Source: a virus. From it: DNA of 64,000 nucleotides. The stretch lies in the IMG/VR virus record IMGVR_UViG_3300028569_000030, positions 15,100-79,099 of that record; one strand, given 5' to 3'. The position numbers were made by a program, and so were the translations under genes. The stretch's first letter is position 1, and each line of letters begins with the position of its first letter. Under the pieces are notes generated by a model. That model had not been told where the DNA came from. It did not search any database and saw nothing but the letters and a program-made list of their open reading frames with translations. Positions 1 to 9,594 of the stretch are shown here, in pieces.

Positions 1-1
1 A

Positions 2-1225
2 ACAAATACGCGCTGGGTTGCTCCGGAAAGTGGATATTATTCACTCCAATCAACAACTACATTTGGTTCAATAGCGGACGGAAAAGTTGCACAAACAAAT
101 ATTTATGTTAATGGTGCAGTTTCTTTAAGAGGAAGTTTTGTTCCTAATGGTGTAGCAGGACAATCGGTTTTTTCAGTAGCTTCCGGTATTAGCTATCTAA
201 ATAAGGGCGATTATGTAGAATCTTATGGGTTTCAAGATGACTCAGCTTCCGAAGCATATTCAACTGGCTCTAGTAGAACTTTTTTATCTGGAATTTTAAT
301 TAAACCTGAAACAGTATCTGCAAACTCTTTATCAAATGTAAGTTTTAGTGTTAGACCAGGAGCACAACAAACAGGAATTAACACAAATAATTCCTCAGTT
401 AAATTAACTCAATATAGTAATATACTATACGATACTGCTGGGGGATTTGATACAACAAACAACCAATACGTTATTCCAGATTCTGGGAAATACCACTTTT
501 CTGCTCACGTAAGAATTTTAGGAACAAATGTTCTGAACAATCTTTATGGCTTAACAATAACTCAGAATAGTTCGGTAGTAGTACGTGGCGGAGCGATTTA
601 TCCAACTGCTGGGGCTGAATTCTATGTGTCAATTGCTGGTGATGTTGATTGTGTAAAAGGCGATATAATTGAACTACAATTAATCGGCCTTGGAAATAAC
701 AGTGTAAGCACTATTTCAACTTCTTCAACTGGATTAACAACTTTAAGATGGTCTGGACATAAAATTGCAACTTCTGCACTAATACCTCCAACTGAAAAAA
801 TTGTAGCTATATATAATACAAACGCGGCTACTTCATTAGCAAGTGGCGGATCTGCTAAAATTGTGGACTTTGAAGATCGAGTTACTGATACACATAATGC
901 CGTAACTACTGGAGTTTCTTGGAAATTTACTGCTCCAATTAGTGATTATTATACTTGCAGTTTTGGTGTAGGATTACAAAGCAGTCCCGGCTGGTCCGGA
1001 GCCGAAGGGTTCATATGCTATTTTTATAAAAATGGAGTAGTACATACTGAGTTCTATGACTATCCTAATGGTGGAGGAGTTGACATTAGAACTTCAATTT
1101 CAAATACCCGTGTTATATATTTAGCTAAAGGCGATACTGTTGATGTTAGAACATTTCAAAATAGCGGTGGAGCAATTACGTATAATCCTTCCGAAGCCGA
1201 TGTTTGGATTTCAATCAAAAACTAA
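2..1225 (+). CDS. Tail fibre / receptor-binding protein with tandem C1q/TNF-like domains (5'-truncated by window)
   Basis: Frame is open from position 2, upstream of the track's 626 start. It repeats C1q-type motifs three times: WVAPESGYY..YLNKGDYV, YVIPDSGKYHF..DCVKGDII, FTAPISDYY..YLAKGDTV. Confidence 0.75.
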   Translation, partial: TNTRWVAPESGYYSLQSTTTFGSIADGKVAQTNIYVNGAVSLRGSFVPNGVAGQSVFSVASGISYLNKGDYVESYGFQDDSASEAYSTGSSRTFLSGILIKPETVSANSLSNVSFSVRPGAQQTGINTNNSSVKLTQYSNILYDTAGGFDTTNNQYVIPDSGKYHFSAHVRILGTNVLNNLYGLTITQNSSVVVRGGAIYPTAGAEFYVSIAGDVDCVKGDIIELQLIGLGNNSVSTISTSSTGLTTLRWSGHKIATSALIPPTEKIVAIYNTNAATSLASGGSAKIVDFEDRVTDTHNAVTTGVSWKFTAPISDYYTCSFGVGLQSSPGWSGAEGFICYFYKNGVVHTEFYDYPNGGGVDIRTSISNTRVIYLAKGDTVDVRTFQNSGGAITYNPSEADVWISIKN

Positions 1226-1240
1226 TAAAAGGTATAATAT

Positions 1241-1645
1241 ATGTTTAAAGTAAGCTTAGAAAATTTATTAGACGGAAGACAATGGGAAGCCAGATTCGAA
1301 ACTGAAGAACTAGCAAACTCTTGGTTAGCTCAACAAAAACTAAAGCCAGGTCGTTTAGATATCAGAATTGTTCCTATAAGTGATTCCTATAGACAAGAAG
1401 ATGTACTAGAAGTAATTGAAACAGAAATAGACGGACAAATGATGCAAACTCACGTTAGATTAGCAGCGCAAGCTAGTTATAATGTAGAAGACATCAGTGT
1501 CCAAGTTGCTTCTGACTTAGCAAAATATAATGCTAGAAAATATTTAGCAGAAACAGATTGGTATGCTATAAGAAAAGCAGACATCGGCACAGCAATTCCA
1601 GAAGAAATTAGTGCATTACGGCAAGCAGCTAGGGACATTCTATAA
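1241..1645 (+). CDS. Tail fibre assembly chaperone-like protein
   Basis: C-terminal ARKYLAETDWY..R...G..IP.EI...RQAAR motif; directly follows fibre gene. Confidence 0.6.
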   Translation: MFKVSLENLLDGRQWEARFETEELANSWLAQQKLKPGRLDIRIVPISDSYRQEDVLEVIETEIDGQMMQTHVRLAAQASYNVEDISVQVASDLAKYNARKYLAETDWYAIRKADIGTAIPEEISALRQAARDIL

Positions 1646-1647
1646 TT

Positions 1648-1845
1648 ATGAAAAGAGAATTATACCAGCAATTAATGGAAGAGTTAGAAAAAGAAGATGG
1701 TCAACCAGTTGGAATGGAAGCTCCAATTCATAGGTCCCCAATTCAAGTTCTAGAGGGCGAGTACACTAGTCCTGAAATGCAACTAAAACCAGAACCTACT
1801 CCATCAGTATTTGAAAGGATTAAGCAACGGTTAATGAACAAATAG
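1648..1845 (+). CDS. Hypothetical protein
   Basis: Tightly packed ORF in operon. Confidence 0.55.
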   Translation: MKRELYQQLMEELEKEDGQPVGMEAPIHRSPIQVLEGEYTSPEMQLKPEPTPSVFERIKQRLMNK

Positions 1846-1852
1846 GAGCTTT

Positions 1853-2362
1853 ATGTACTATATTAAGATAGAAAATATAGATACTAAAGAAGAGCAGACT
1901 ATTTATTTTGAAGATAGGGAACAGGCAATATTGTATAGAAATTATCATTGTACTTTTGATGCCTGGGATAAGAAAGAAATGTGGGTAGTAGATAAATTTC
2001 TTAATCCAAATTTTAAAAAGCTGATAGTAGAAGAAAAGACGGTAGAGCAGCTAAATAGTAAAAAAGAAAAAATATCAATTACTTATTATAAAATTAAACC
2101 TTTGTATCGAATAATTGCAGATAACTTAGAAGATACAGAAAAATCAGCATATTGGAATGCTTTAAGAAACGAAAGAAACCAAGTGCTTAAAAATACAGAT
2201 ATGACAATGCTATCTGACTTCCCTTTAACAACTAAAGAGAGGGGAATTTACAGAGAATATAGGGATTATCTAAGAAACCTACCTTTGAATTATAACGATA
2301 GTTCTATAGACAGGTTTAACATAATGAATTTCCAAGAATGGAAAGAGTTTTTTAGGAAATAA
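1853..2362 (+). CDS. Phage tail fibre assembly chaperone
   Basis: WNALRNERNQVLKNTD...SDFPL....YRDYLRNLP motif; GGAG RBS. Confidence 0.7.
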   Translation: MYYIKIENIDTKEEQTIYFEDREQAILYRNYHCTFDAWDKKEMWVVDKFLNPNFKKLIVEEKTVEQLNSKKEKISITYYKIKPLYRIIADNLEDTEKSAYWNALRNERNQVLKNTDMTMLSDFPLTTKERGIYREYRDYLRNLPLNYNDSSIDRFNIMNFQEWKEFFRK

Positions 2363-2644
2363 ATGAAAGAAAAATTTATGGAGTTTGTAAACTGGTGTAA
2401 CCAAAAAGGAATTCCAGTTCCTGTTGGTAGAGATCCAAAAACTCAAGAACCTTCTGTCTCTTTTACGTTAGTAGTAGTTAGTTCATTCTTTGTAGCAATT
2501 GGACTTTTAAATAGCGTAGCACAGATATTTAAAGGCATAGATATGCAAAGTGCTCTTTACTGGAACGGTATGTGTTTGGCTTTATATCTTAGCAGAAAAG
2601 TTAGCGGAAATGGAAAGTCTATAGAAATTTCAGATAAAGAATAA
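2363..2644 (+). CDS. Small two-TM membrane protein, holin candidate
   Basis: Two hydrophobic segments and charged C-terminus. Confidence 0.5.
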   Translation: MKEKFMEFVNWCNQKGIPVPVGRDPKTQEPSVSFTLVVVSSFFVAIGLLNSVAQIFKGIDMQSALYWNGMCLALYLSRKVSGNGKSIEISDKE

Positions 2645-2655
2645 TAGGAGATTAT

Positions 2656-3021
2656 ATGGGGTTTATCCTAGACGGAATATTAAAAAAAGAACTCCTAGAC
2701 GCTCCAGAAACGGTAAACGCATCGTTTACTAGTGAAGTTGTAGACTTAGATAATAGAGAAGGTGAGTTTAGCATAACGGTAGCATATGACAATGGAGTGG
2801 GTCTGAATATGACTACTTCTATAGAGCTAACTAATACTCCTCTTATAGAGGGAAGTTGGACTTTACTAGAAGATTCTGATCTTATACAGACAGACGCTTC
2901 TGGGAATATTATGTATGATATTGGAGGAACAGGACTTTCCTACATGAGAATTAAGATTGTAGTGTCATCAGGATCGTGTGATGTGCAATCAATACTTTAT
3001 GTCGCCAAAAGAAGACATTAA
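2656..3021 (+). CDS. Virion structural protein (beta-rich)
   Basis: AGGAG RBS, alternating beta pattern, structural-module context. Confidence 0.5.
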   Translation: MGFILDGILKKELLDAPETVNASFTSEVVDLDNREGEFSITVAYDNGVGLNMTTSIELTNTPLIEGSWTLLEDSDLIQTDASGNIMYDIGGTGLSYMRIKIVVSSGSCDVQSILYVAKRRH

Positions 3022-3035
3022 TTCTAGAGGATTAA

Positions 3036-3419
3036 ATGAGTAATCAATATAGACGATTAAATATAAGTACGCCAGGCGGTGGTGGAGGCGGAGGAGCTTC
3101 TGATGCTATTAATGTGGACTACGATCCATCTTCATCAGGACTTACGGCTATAAACGTACAGGCAGCATTAGATGAAATAGTATCAACTGCTTTTGTTCCT
3201 AGACCGCTAATAACTCTCTCTGGAGCTGATATTACCGCTGGATCAAAAAGCATAGTAATAACTCCGAATAGTCCAACTTTAGCTAGGCTAACTGTTGGTG
3301 GAGTAAGACAAACATACGGAATAGATTTTACAATATCAGGTTCAACTCTATCTTGGTCAGGATTAGGTCTTGATGGGGTATTGGAAGCCGGAGATGTTTT
3401 ACAACTAGAAATAAAATAA
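3036..3419 (+). CDS. Short fibre/decoration protein
   Basis: Poly-Gly linker and YDPSSSGLTAINVQAALDEI fibre motif; C-terminal domain shared with 3446..5119. Confidence 0.6.
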   Translation: MSNQYRRLNISTPGGGGGGGASDAINVDYDPSSSGLTAINVQAALDEIVSTAFVPRPLITLSGADITAGSKSIVITPNSPTLARLTVGGVRQTYGIDFTISGSTLSWSGLGLDGVLEAGDVLQLEIK

Positions 3420-3445
3420 TTAACCTTTCTTAGGAGGAAAGAGTC

Positions 3446-5119
3446 ATGACACAAATTTCAAAAAAGTTTATTTTAGCCAATGCAGTAGATCAATCAAAAA
3501 TCCGTCTATCCAACAATGCCTACCTAAAAGCTAGAAATGCTGCTGATAATGCTGACATTAACATGTTAAAAGTTAATGCTTCTGATAAAATTGAATTTGC
3601 ATCAGTTCCTCAAGTAACATCTGATCCATCTACTGGAAATGATTTAGTTCGTAAGTCATATTTAGATACAGTGCAACAAGGTCTTAAGCCTAAGCAAGCT
3701 GTTAGAGCTGCTACTACTGCAAACATTGTAATTGCTACAGCATTAAACTCTGGCGATGTAATTGACGGTATAACTCTTGCCAACGGTGATAGAGTTCTCG
3801 TCAAAGATCAAACTGCTTCAGAATTCAACGGTATTTATATTGTTGGAGCAACTCCAGCAAGAGCTACAGATTTTGACTCACTTTCTCCAATCGATGAAAT
3901 AAATGGCGCATATACTTTTGTTCAAGAAGGTTCTGCTAACCAAGGTAAAGCTTTTGTTCAAAGTGGAACAGTAACAACTCTTGACACAGATCCTATTAGT
4001 TTTGTTTTCTTCAACTCTGCTGGAACTTTAATAGGGCAAGACGGTATTACCATTTCTGGAGCTGACGTATCAGTAGATCACGATGGTCAAGGTTTAACTT
4101 TTTCTGGGGTTCAATTAGCTTTAGAACTTGATGGATCAACTCTTTCTAAATCAGCTTCTGGTTTAAAAGTTGCCGATCTAGGAATTGGTTCTGGACAATT
4201 AGCTTCGAACGCTGTTACAACTGCTAAAATTAATAACGATGCTGTAGATAAAGATAAAATTGCTGCTGATGTTGCTGGTAACGGTTTGGGACAAAATGTT
4301 GATGGATCTTTAGAGGTTAACGTAGATGGTTCTACATTAGAAATAAACACTGATTCATTAAGAGTTAAAGACTTGGGTATTACTTCTGCTAAATTAGCTG
4401 CTGACTCAGTGATCACTTCTAAAATCCTAGACGCTAACGTAACTAATGCTAAAATAGCTTCTGGAGTGGATGCTATTAAAATAGCAGATGGATCAGTATC
4501 AAATACAGAATTCCAATATATCAATTCCCTAACTTCTAATGCTCAAGATCAATTAGATGCAAAACTTACAAGTACATTAGCTGATGGTAAAGTATTTATT
4601 GGATCTGCTGGAAACTTAGCTGTTGCTCAAACTTTATCTGGAGACATTTCAAATACTAATGCTGGTGTTGTAACAATTGCAAATGATGCAATCACAACTG
4701 TAAAAATCCTTGATGCAAACGTAACTAACGCTAAAATTGCAACTGGAGTAGACGCAGCTAAGATTGCTGATGGATCTGTTTCTAATACTGAATTTCAATA
4801 TATTAACTCCTTAACGTCAAATGCTCAAACTCAGATTAATGCAAGAATTCAAAATGTTGATTCAGAGCAGTTAACTTTAAACGGAACTGACATTACAAAT
4901 CAATACAAAGACTTATCGTTTGCTGCATACTCTGCTTCTAGCATCTCATTAACTCCTGTTGGTGGAATTATGCAAAATAGAGGGGTGGATTATTCAGTGT
5001 CTCTAGCTGGTGGAGCCGGCGGTGTTACAAGGATCACGTTTTTAAACGATCTTGCTACAGGCGGAGCTGCTGAGTTAATTTCTGGAGATATCCTGATTGT
5101 TCAATACGCTAGATTGTAA
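3446..5119 (+). CDS. Long fibre protein
   Basis: KQAVRAATTANI..DGITLANGDRVLVKDQT..NGIY head domain, VTTAKI/VTNAKIA shaft repeats, internal ~50-aa duplication; GGAGG RBS. Confidence 0.75.
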   Translation: MTQISKKFILANAVDQSKIRLSNNAYLKARNAADNADINMLKVNASDKIEFASVPQVTSDPSTGNDLVRKSYLDTVQQGLKPKQAVRAATTANIVIATALNSGDVIDGITLANGDRVLVKDQTASEFNGIYIVGATPARATDFDSLSPIDEINGAYTFVQEGSANQGKAFVQSGTVTTLDTDPISFVFFNSAGTLIGQDGITISGADVSVDHDGQGLTFSGVQLALELDGSTLSKSASGLKVADLGIGSGQLASNAVTTAKINNDAVDKDKIAADVAGNGLGQNVDGSLEVNVDGSTLEINTDSLRVKDLGITSAKLAADSVITSKILDANVTNAKIASGVDAIKIADGSVSNTEFQYINSLTSNAQDQLDAKLTSTLADGKVFIGSAGNLAVAQTLSGDISNTNAGVVTIANDAITTVKILDANVTNAKIATGVDAAKIADGSVSNTEFQYINSLTSNAQTQINARIQNVDSEQLTLNGTDITNQYKDLSFAAYSASSISLTPVGGIMQNRGVDYSVSLAGGAGGVTRITFLNDLATGGAAELISGDILIVQYARL

Positions 5120-5130
5120 TATTTTTAAAC

Positions 5131-5158
5131 AGAGGGGGCTTTGGCCCCTTCTTTATTT
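5131..5158 (+). terminator. Rho-independent terminator
   Basis: GGGGC-TTTG-GCCCC stem followed by TTCTTTATTT just after the fibre gene stop. Confidence 0.75.
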
Positions 5159-5195
5159 CTCATACCAGCTTAGCTGATGATAAAACGAGAAAATA

Positions 5196-5714
5196 ATGAG
5201 TAGAATTAAACAAAAATTTATACGGTTTGGTACAGGAACTGACGACGTAAATGCTCGTCTTATCCCTGCCAACTATACAGCAGTAAATTATACACCATCT
5301 CAAGTTGCTTCCGAAGGAGCTGATAAAGTATCTGCCTATCTAAAAGGAATAGATAACGCAATTGGTTCAATTGGATCAACAACTGGCGACATTAGTTTAA
5401 GTACTTTTAGTGCGGCTAATAACCAAGCGTCGTTAGCTAACGTAACAGGACTAGCTTTCTCCAATGGAGTAGTTAGATCATTTGATGCAATAGTCTCTGT
5501 AGCAATAGATGCTACGACAGACTTATTTGCTGAATATAAATTACATGGAATACAAAAAAGCTCAGACTGGGAACTATCCTATGAATATTTAGGAGACGAT
5601 ACTGGTGTGGGGTTTGACATAACTAGTTCTGGACAGGTTCAATATATTTCTAGTAACATTTCTGGATTCGTATCCAATACTGTTAAATTTAGAGCATATA
5701 TAACCTCAGTCTAA
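5196..5714 (+). CDS. Fibre/decoration protein
   Basis: N-terminus MSRIKQKFI resembles MTQISKKFI of 3446; beta-rich C-terminal domain. Confidence 0.55.
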   Translation: MSRIKQKFIRFGTGTDDVNARLIPANYTAVNYTPSQVASEGADKVSAYLKGIDNAIGSIGSTTGDISLSTFSAANNQASLANVTGLAFSNGVVRSFDAIVSVAIDATTDLFAEYKLHGIQKSSDWELSYEYLGDDTGVGFDITSSGQVQYISSNISGFVSNTVKFRAYITSV

Positions 5715-5736
5715 AAGAGCGTTAACAGGATGTTAA

Positions 5737-6732
5737 ATGACTAAGCAAAACGATAAGTACATTGAGGACATCGATAGCCTTACTCAACTAGATTTTGGTG
5801 GAGTAATCAGAGACGTTCATTCCTATCCAGGACATTACCTAAGAGTAAAGAACGCTCTTACCGTAGTAAATAGTCACTATGATTATTTAGTTCCTGTTTA
5901 CGATATGTCAGGTAAGCCATTAGAAGTTAAATACTATGGCGGAACTAAGCAGCACGAAACTAATATATCAATATTAGGAGACACGGCTGGAAGTTTGAAT
6001 AATAAATACTTCTTTGTTTACGAAGGAAGAAGCGGAAGACAATTCCATATTTGGTATAATGTGGCAGGACTAGGAACAGATCCTGCACCTAGTGGAAGTA
6101 CTGGAATAGAGGTTCCTATTAGTACAAACGATAACGCTACAGTTGTAGCATACGCAACTGAGCTAGTATTAAAATCTAATTGGAGCGAATATTTTTATAG
6201 TAGAAGAGTTGCCGGATCTACTATAAATATGATAGCAGTTAAAACCGGAGAAACTAGTGATTCCATAGACAATAATACAGGATTTACAGTCCTAAATCAG
6301 CCTGGGGAATCATTATTACTACAAACAGTTACTATAGATTACGATGTGTTAGATCCATTATTTGAAGGAAGAGTTTTAAAAGGCTACTACTACGATATAT
6401 ATAGTGGAGCTTTTAAAAAAACCTTAGAGGTACCTGATTCAAACTCTGATAAGGCAACAGCAGTTACCACAGCAAATGTTGCTGTAGTATTGGCAAACAC
6501 GGAATATTCTTATACTTTTCCTGTAGGAACAAAGACGTTTTTACTTAGAGATAGAGATTCTGACTCAAAACTTAGAATAGCATATGCTTCTGGAGGAACT
6601 GGTACTAATTGGTTCACCAACTATCCTGGAAACATATATCCAGCAAATAACTTAAATACGCTAACTGGATTTACTATATACTTTAGATCAAATAAAGCCA
6701 ATAGAGTAATCGAGATAGAAAGCTGGCAATAA
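5737..6732 (+). CDS. Virion structural protein (modular)
   Basis: Central F(H)IWYN..G..DP....GIEV module also seen in the 13246 protein; C-terminal beta domain similar to 6785/8099. Confidence 0.55.
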   Translation: MTKQNDKYIEDIDSLTQLDFGGVIRDVHSYPGHYLRVKNALTVVNSHYDYLVPVYDMSGKPLEVKYYGGTKQHETNISILGDTAGSLNNKYFFVYEGRSGRQFHIWYNVAGLGTDPAPSGSTGIEVPISTNDNATVVAYATELVLKSNWSEYFYSRRVAGSTINMIAVKTGETSDSIDNNTGFTVLNQPGESLLLQTVTIDYDVLDPLFEGRVLKGYYYDIYSGAFKKTLEVPDSNSDKATAVTTANVAVVLANTEYSYTFPVGTKTFLLRDRDSDSKLRIAYASGGTGTNWFTNYPGNIYPANNLNTLTGFTIYFRSNKANRVIEIESWQ

Positions 6733-6749
6733 CAACTATATAACAAGAG

Positions 6750-6766
6750 TATCACATATAGTGATA
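6750..6766. promoter_or_regulatory. 17-bp palindromic operator-like site TATCAC-ATATA-GTGATA
   Basis: Perfect 6-bp inverted repeat in the short intergenic gap before the RBS of 6785. Confidence 0.35.
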
Positions 6767-6784
6767 TAACATAGGGGAGAATAA

Positions 6785-7783
6785 ATGAAAGATAAATTGG
6801 GCTTTGACACGACGGATGCTAACACCATCCTTGACAGTGACAGCGTTGGGGCATTTGTACGTGCCGGAGACGACGGTACGCTCATTGGACACGTTAGTGA
6901 TGCATTAAAGGTAAACTTTAGTAACACTACTATCGGAGTAACTGCTACAGATTTAGACATCAGAGACCTCGTTTTCGCTACGGATAAGGTTGATGTTTCT
7001 GGCTCAACTAACATTGGGCTAGACGCTGCTACATTAGCTGCTTTAGAATCAATCACTGTACAAAACGGTGCTGGAGCTGCTGCTGTTAACATTCAAGACG
7101 GTGGTAACTCAATTACTGTTGATGGTACTGTAGAACTTGGTGCTACAACTTTAGCTGCTTTAGAAAGCATTACTGTTGTTGCTACTGACTTTGATATTAG
7201 AGACTTAAGTCATTCGCAAGATTCAATTAAGATTGGTGATGGTACTGACTTCTTAGCAATCAATGCTGATGGTAGTATTAATGTTAATGCCGATATTTCA
7301 GTAGTTAACGGACATGAGAAAGCTGAAGATGCTGCTCACTCTTCTGGAGACATCGGTTCATACATGTTAGGGGTAAGACAGGACGTACTAGCTTCTAGTA
7401 CAAGTGCTGATGGAGATTATGCTTCATTCAAAATGTCTGCTGCTGGTGCATTGTATGTTAACTTAGCAGAATCTAGTGCTACTATCGAAGTATCTGATGC
7501 TGCTTTAGCAAATACTGCTATAATATCTAAGGCTTTAGTTTTAGGCGTTGCTGACACTGCTCAAGCTGTTGTTACTTCACCTTTAGCTGATAGAAAATAC
7601 CTAAGCATATACAACAACGATAATAGAAAAATGTTTATCGGGGGTTCTGGTGTAACTGCTGCTAACGGATTTCCTATCTCTCCAGGTTCTTATATGGAAC
7701 TTAGAGCTGGTGTATCTTCTGCTGTGTTCTTTGTTGGATCTACAGGAGAAACTGCTGCTATTAGAACTTTAGAGCTTTCTTAA
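6785..7783 (+). CDS. Fibre/decoration protein with internal repeats
   Basis: Repeats ATD(L/F)DIRDL x2 and TLAALESITV x2; GCT/ACT/GGT-biased codons; followed by terminator. Confidence 0.6.
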   Translation: MKDKLGFDTTDANTILDSDSVGAFVRAGDDGTLIGHVSDALKVNFSNTTIGVTATDLDIRDLVFATDKVDVSGSTNIGLDAATLAALESITVQNGAGAAAVNIQDGGNSITVDGTVELGATTLAALESITVVATDFDIRDLSHSQDSIKIGDGTDFLAINADGSINVNADISVVNGHEKAEDAAHSSGDIGSYMLGVRQDVLASSTSADGDYASFKMSAAGALYVNLAESSATIEVSDAALANTAIISKALVLGVADTAQAVVTSPLADRKYLSIYNNDNRKMFIGGSGVTAANGFPISPGSYMELRAGVSSAVFFVGSTGETAAIRTLELS

Positions 7784-7798
7784 TTTAAATACTGACGG

Positions 7799-7825
7799 GG
7801 GGAGGGAGAAATCCCTCCTCTTTTA
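7799..7825 (+). terminator. Rho-independent terminator
   Basis: GGGGAGGGA-GAAA-TCCCTCCTC stem with GNRA loop followed by TTTTA. Confidence 0.75.
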
Positions 7826-7854
7826 TTGACTCAGTATTATTCATAGTATATTAT
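7826..7854 (+). promoter_or_regulatory. sigma70-type promoter
   Basis: TTGACT-N17-TATTAT immediately after terminator, upstream of ORF 7875. Confidence 0.55.
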
Positions 7855-7874
7855 ATAATCAGAGGATTGACTAT

Positions 7875-8099
7875 ATGGGAAATAATTTTACGGAAGACGA
7901 TAAGAAAAAATTAGTAGATTTCTTAAATGCAGTAGCAAATAAAGCATCATTCAAAGATATGAATGTACAAGACATAATAAACTTCTTTAAGTTACTATCG
8001 CACATGCAAACTGTATTATTGCCAAAAATAGACGCAAATATTTTAGAGGTTCTACGAGTAGTAGAAACAAAACCAGAATCTGAAAAGAAGAGTGAGTAA
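7875..8099 (+). CDS. Hypothetical protein
   Basis: GAGGA RBS; TAATG coupling to next ORF. Confidence 0.6.
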   Translation: MGNNFTEDDKKKLVDFLNAVANKASFKDMNVQDIINFFKLLSHMQTVLLPKIDANILEVLRVVETKPESEKKSE

Positions 8100-8407
8100 T
8101 GGCTTTTCAATTACTTGATGGTCCGTCAAAACAAGATAGAGTGGCAGTAACTACCGCCACCGTAAAAGAATTAAAAGTCGGAGCTTCTGCTTTAGCGGAA
8201 AGACAAGTAATTACAATTCAGCCCACAGATGGTAATATATGGGTATATTTTGGAGATGGAACTACTCCATCTGCAGCTACCGTCTCCACAAAAGGATTTA
8301 AGCATGTTAAAAATGCTAAAGAATCTTACGAAGCTGGAGAAAGACAACAAGTGTTTATAGTGGCAGAAACAGGTACCGTCAATGTTACTTTTGTAGAGAG
8401 GGCATAG
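8099..8407 (+). CDS. Small beta-sandwich virion protein
   Basis: Resembles C-terminal domain of 6785 (R..I.I......IWVYFG...V....GF). Confidence 0.55.
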   Translation: MAFQLLDGPSKQDRVAVTTATVKELKVGASALAERQVITIQPTDGNIWVYFGDGTTPSAATVSTKGFKHVKNAKESYEAGERQQVFIVAETGTVNVTFVERA

Positions 8408-8893
8408 ATGAGCTTGCGTGATTTTTTTATTCAAGTTGCCAATTCTGTTTGGTTTGATAATTCAACTAATGGATTTACATCAGACAATGTACAAGAAGCA
8501 ATTGAAGAAGCTAAGCAGAATGCCGAAGGATTTCCTAGAGCAGGCATTAGATCTAACTATAACGGAACAGTTAGTGCTAGTCAGTGGCTAGGTCCTTCAG
8601 AATTATTCCCCAATACCCCACTTCTTGTTGCTCCGGTTACTTTAAAATTAAACGAAATAACTTGGTCTAATCAAAATACTAACGTCGCTTTTAGAATACA
8701 ATTTAGGTTAGCATCAAAAGTTGGAACTATTTTTTACACATTAACTGTAACTTCTCCTAACTCTGGTTACGGGTATGTTACCGGAATTAACTATACACTA
8801 AACGCTGGCGATATAATATATGCCCAGTATTTAGATGACGGAACTAACTGTTCAGATATGGACTTAATTCTTTGGGTATCGAGGATTCCTTAA
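8408..8893 (+). CDS. Fibre tip / receptor-binding protein
   Basis: FDNSTNGFTSDNVQEAIEE motif plus beta-sandwich head; paralog of next ORF. Confidence 0.6.
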   Translation: MSLRDFFIQVANSVWFDNSTNGFTSDNVQEAIEEAKQNAEGFPRAGIRSNYNGTVSASQWLGPSELFPNTPLLVAPVTLKLNEITWSNQNTNVAFRIQFRLASKVGTIFYTLTVTSPNSGYGYVTGINYTLNAGDIIYAQYLDDGTNCSDMDLILWVSRIP

Positions 8894-9585
8894 TGACTAT
8901 AACTAAAATAGTGAAAAATGTATCAGGAAGCACTCAACAAATTATTAATGCTGATGTAGCAAACAACGGCACGTTCAATATACCAGTTGAACTATGGTTT
9001 ATGGCAGCAAATGATACAACTCTTATAACCAAAATAAATAATGGCCAATTTATTATTAATGACGGAACTTCGGATTTATCAGCAGCTAATGGAGTTTTAC
9101 ATATAGAAAGATTCCAATTCGATTCTTCTAATAAAATATCATTCGACAATACTTCAAATGGATTTACTTCAACAAATGCTCAAAGCGCAATAGAAGAGTC
9201 AAAAAATACGGCAGTAGGAAAGGCTAGATTTACAATAGTAACAACCTTTAATTCTACGGTAGGGAATAACAATTGGCTAGGGTATAATGAGCTGTTGCCT
9301 GGGAATATAACTCCAATAAGAATACCAGTTTCTTGTGTTCTAAAAGAAATTACTTTTTCTTGGAGTGGTGCGGCGGTAGATGGTAGATATGATCTATATA
9401 AAAATGGTACTGCTGGCGGTAATATTGCATATCAGACTCCTAATATAGTTAATCAAGCTAATGGAATTAACATTACTGGATTAAACTTATCGTTTGTTGC
9501 TGGAAATTTTTTTATAGGGAGATGGATCGATAATGGGGATAATCCATCGGATATGGCAGTAGTTTATTTTTTCCAAACAACATAA
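8893..9585 (+). CDS. Fibre tip / receptor-binding protein (paralog of 8408)
   Basis: Start reassigned to ATG in TAATG overlap; FDNTSNGFTSTNAQSAIEE motif; head aligns to 8408. Confidence 0.6.
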   Translation: MTITKIVKNVSGSTQQIINADVANNGTFNIPVELWFMAANDTTLITKINNGQFIINDGTSDLSAANGVLHIERFQFDSSNKISFDNTSNGFTSTNAQSAIEESKNTAVGKARFTIVTTFNSTVGNNNWLGYNELLPGNITPIRIPVSCVLKEITFSWSGAAVDGRYDLYKNGTAGGNIAYQTPNIVNQANGINITGLNLSFVAGNFFIGRWIDNGDNPSDMAVVYFFQTT

Positions 9586-9594
9586 GGTATAAAT

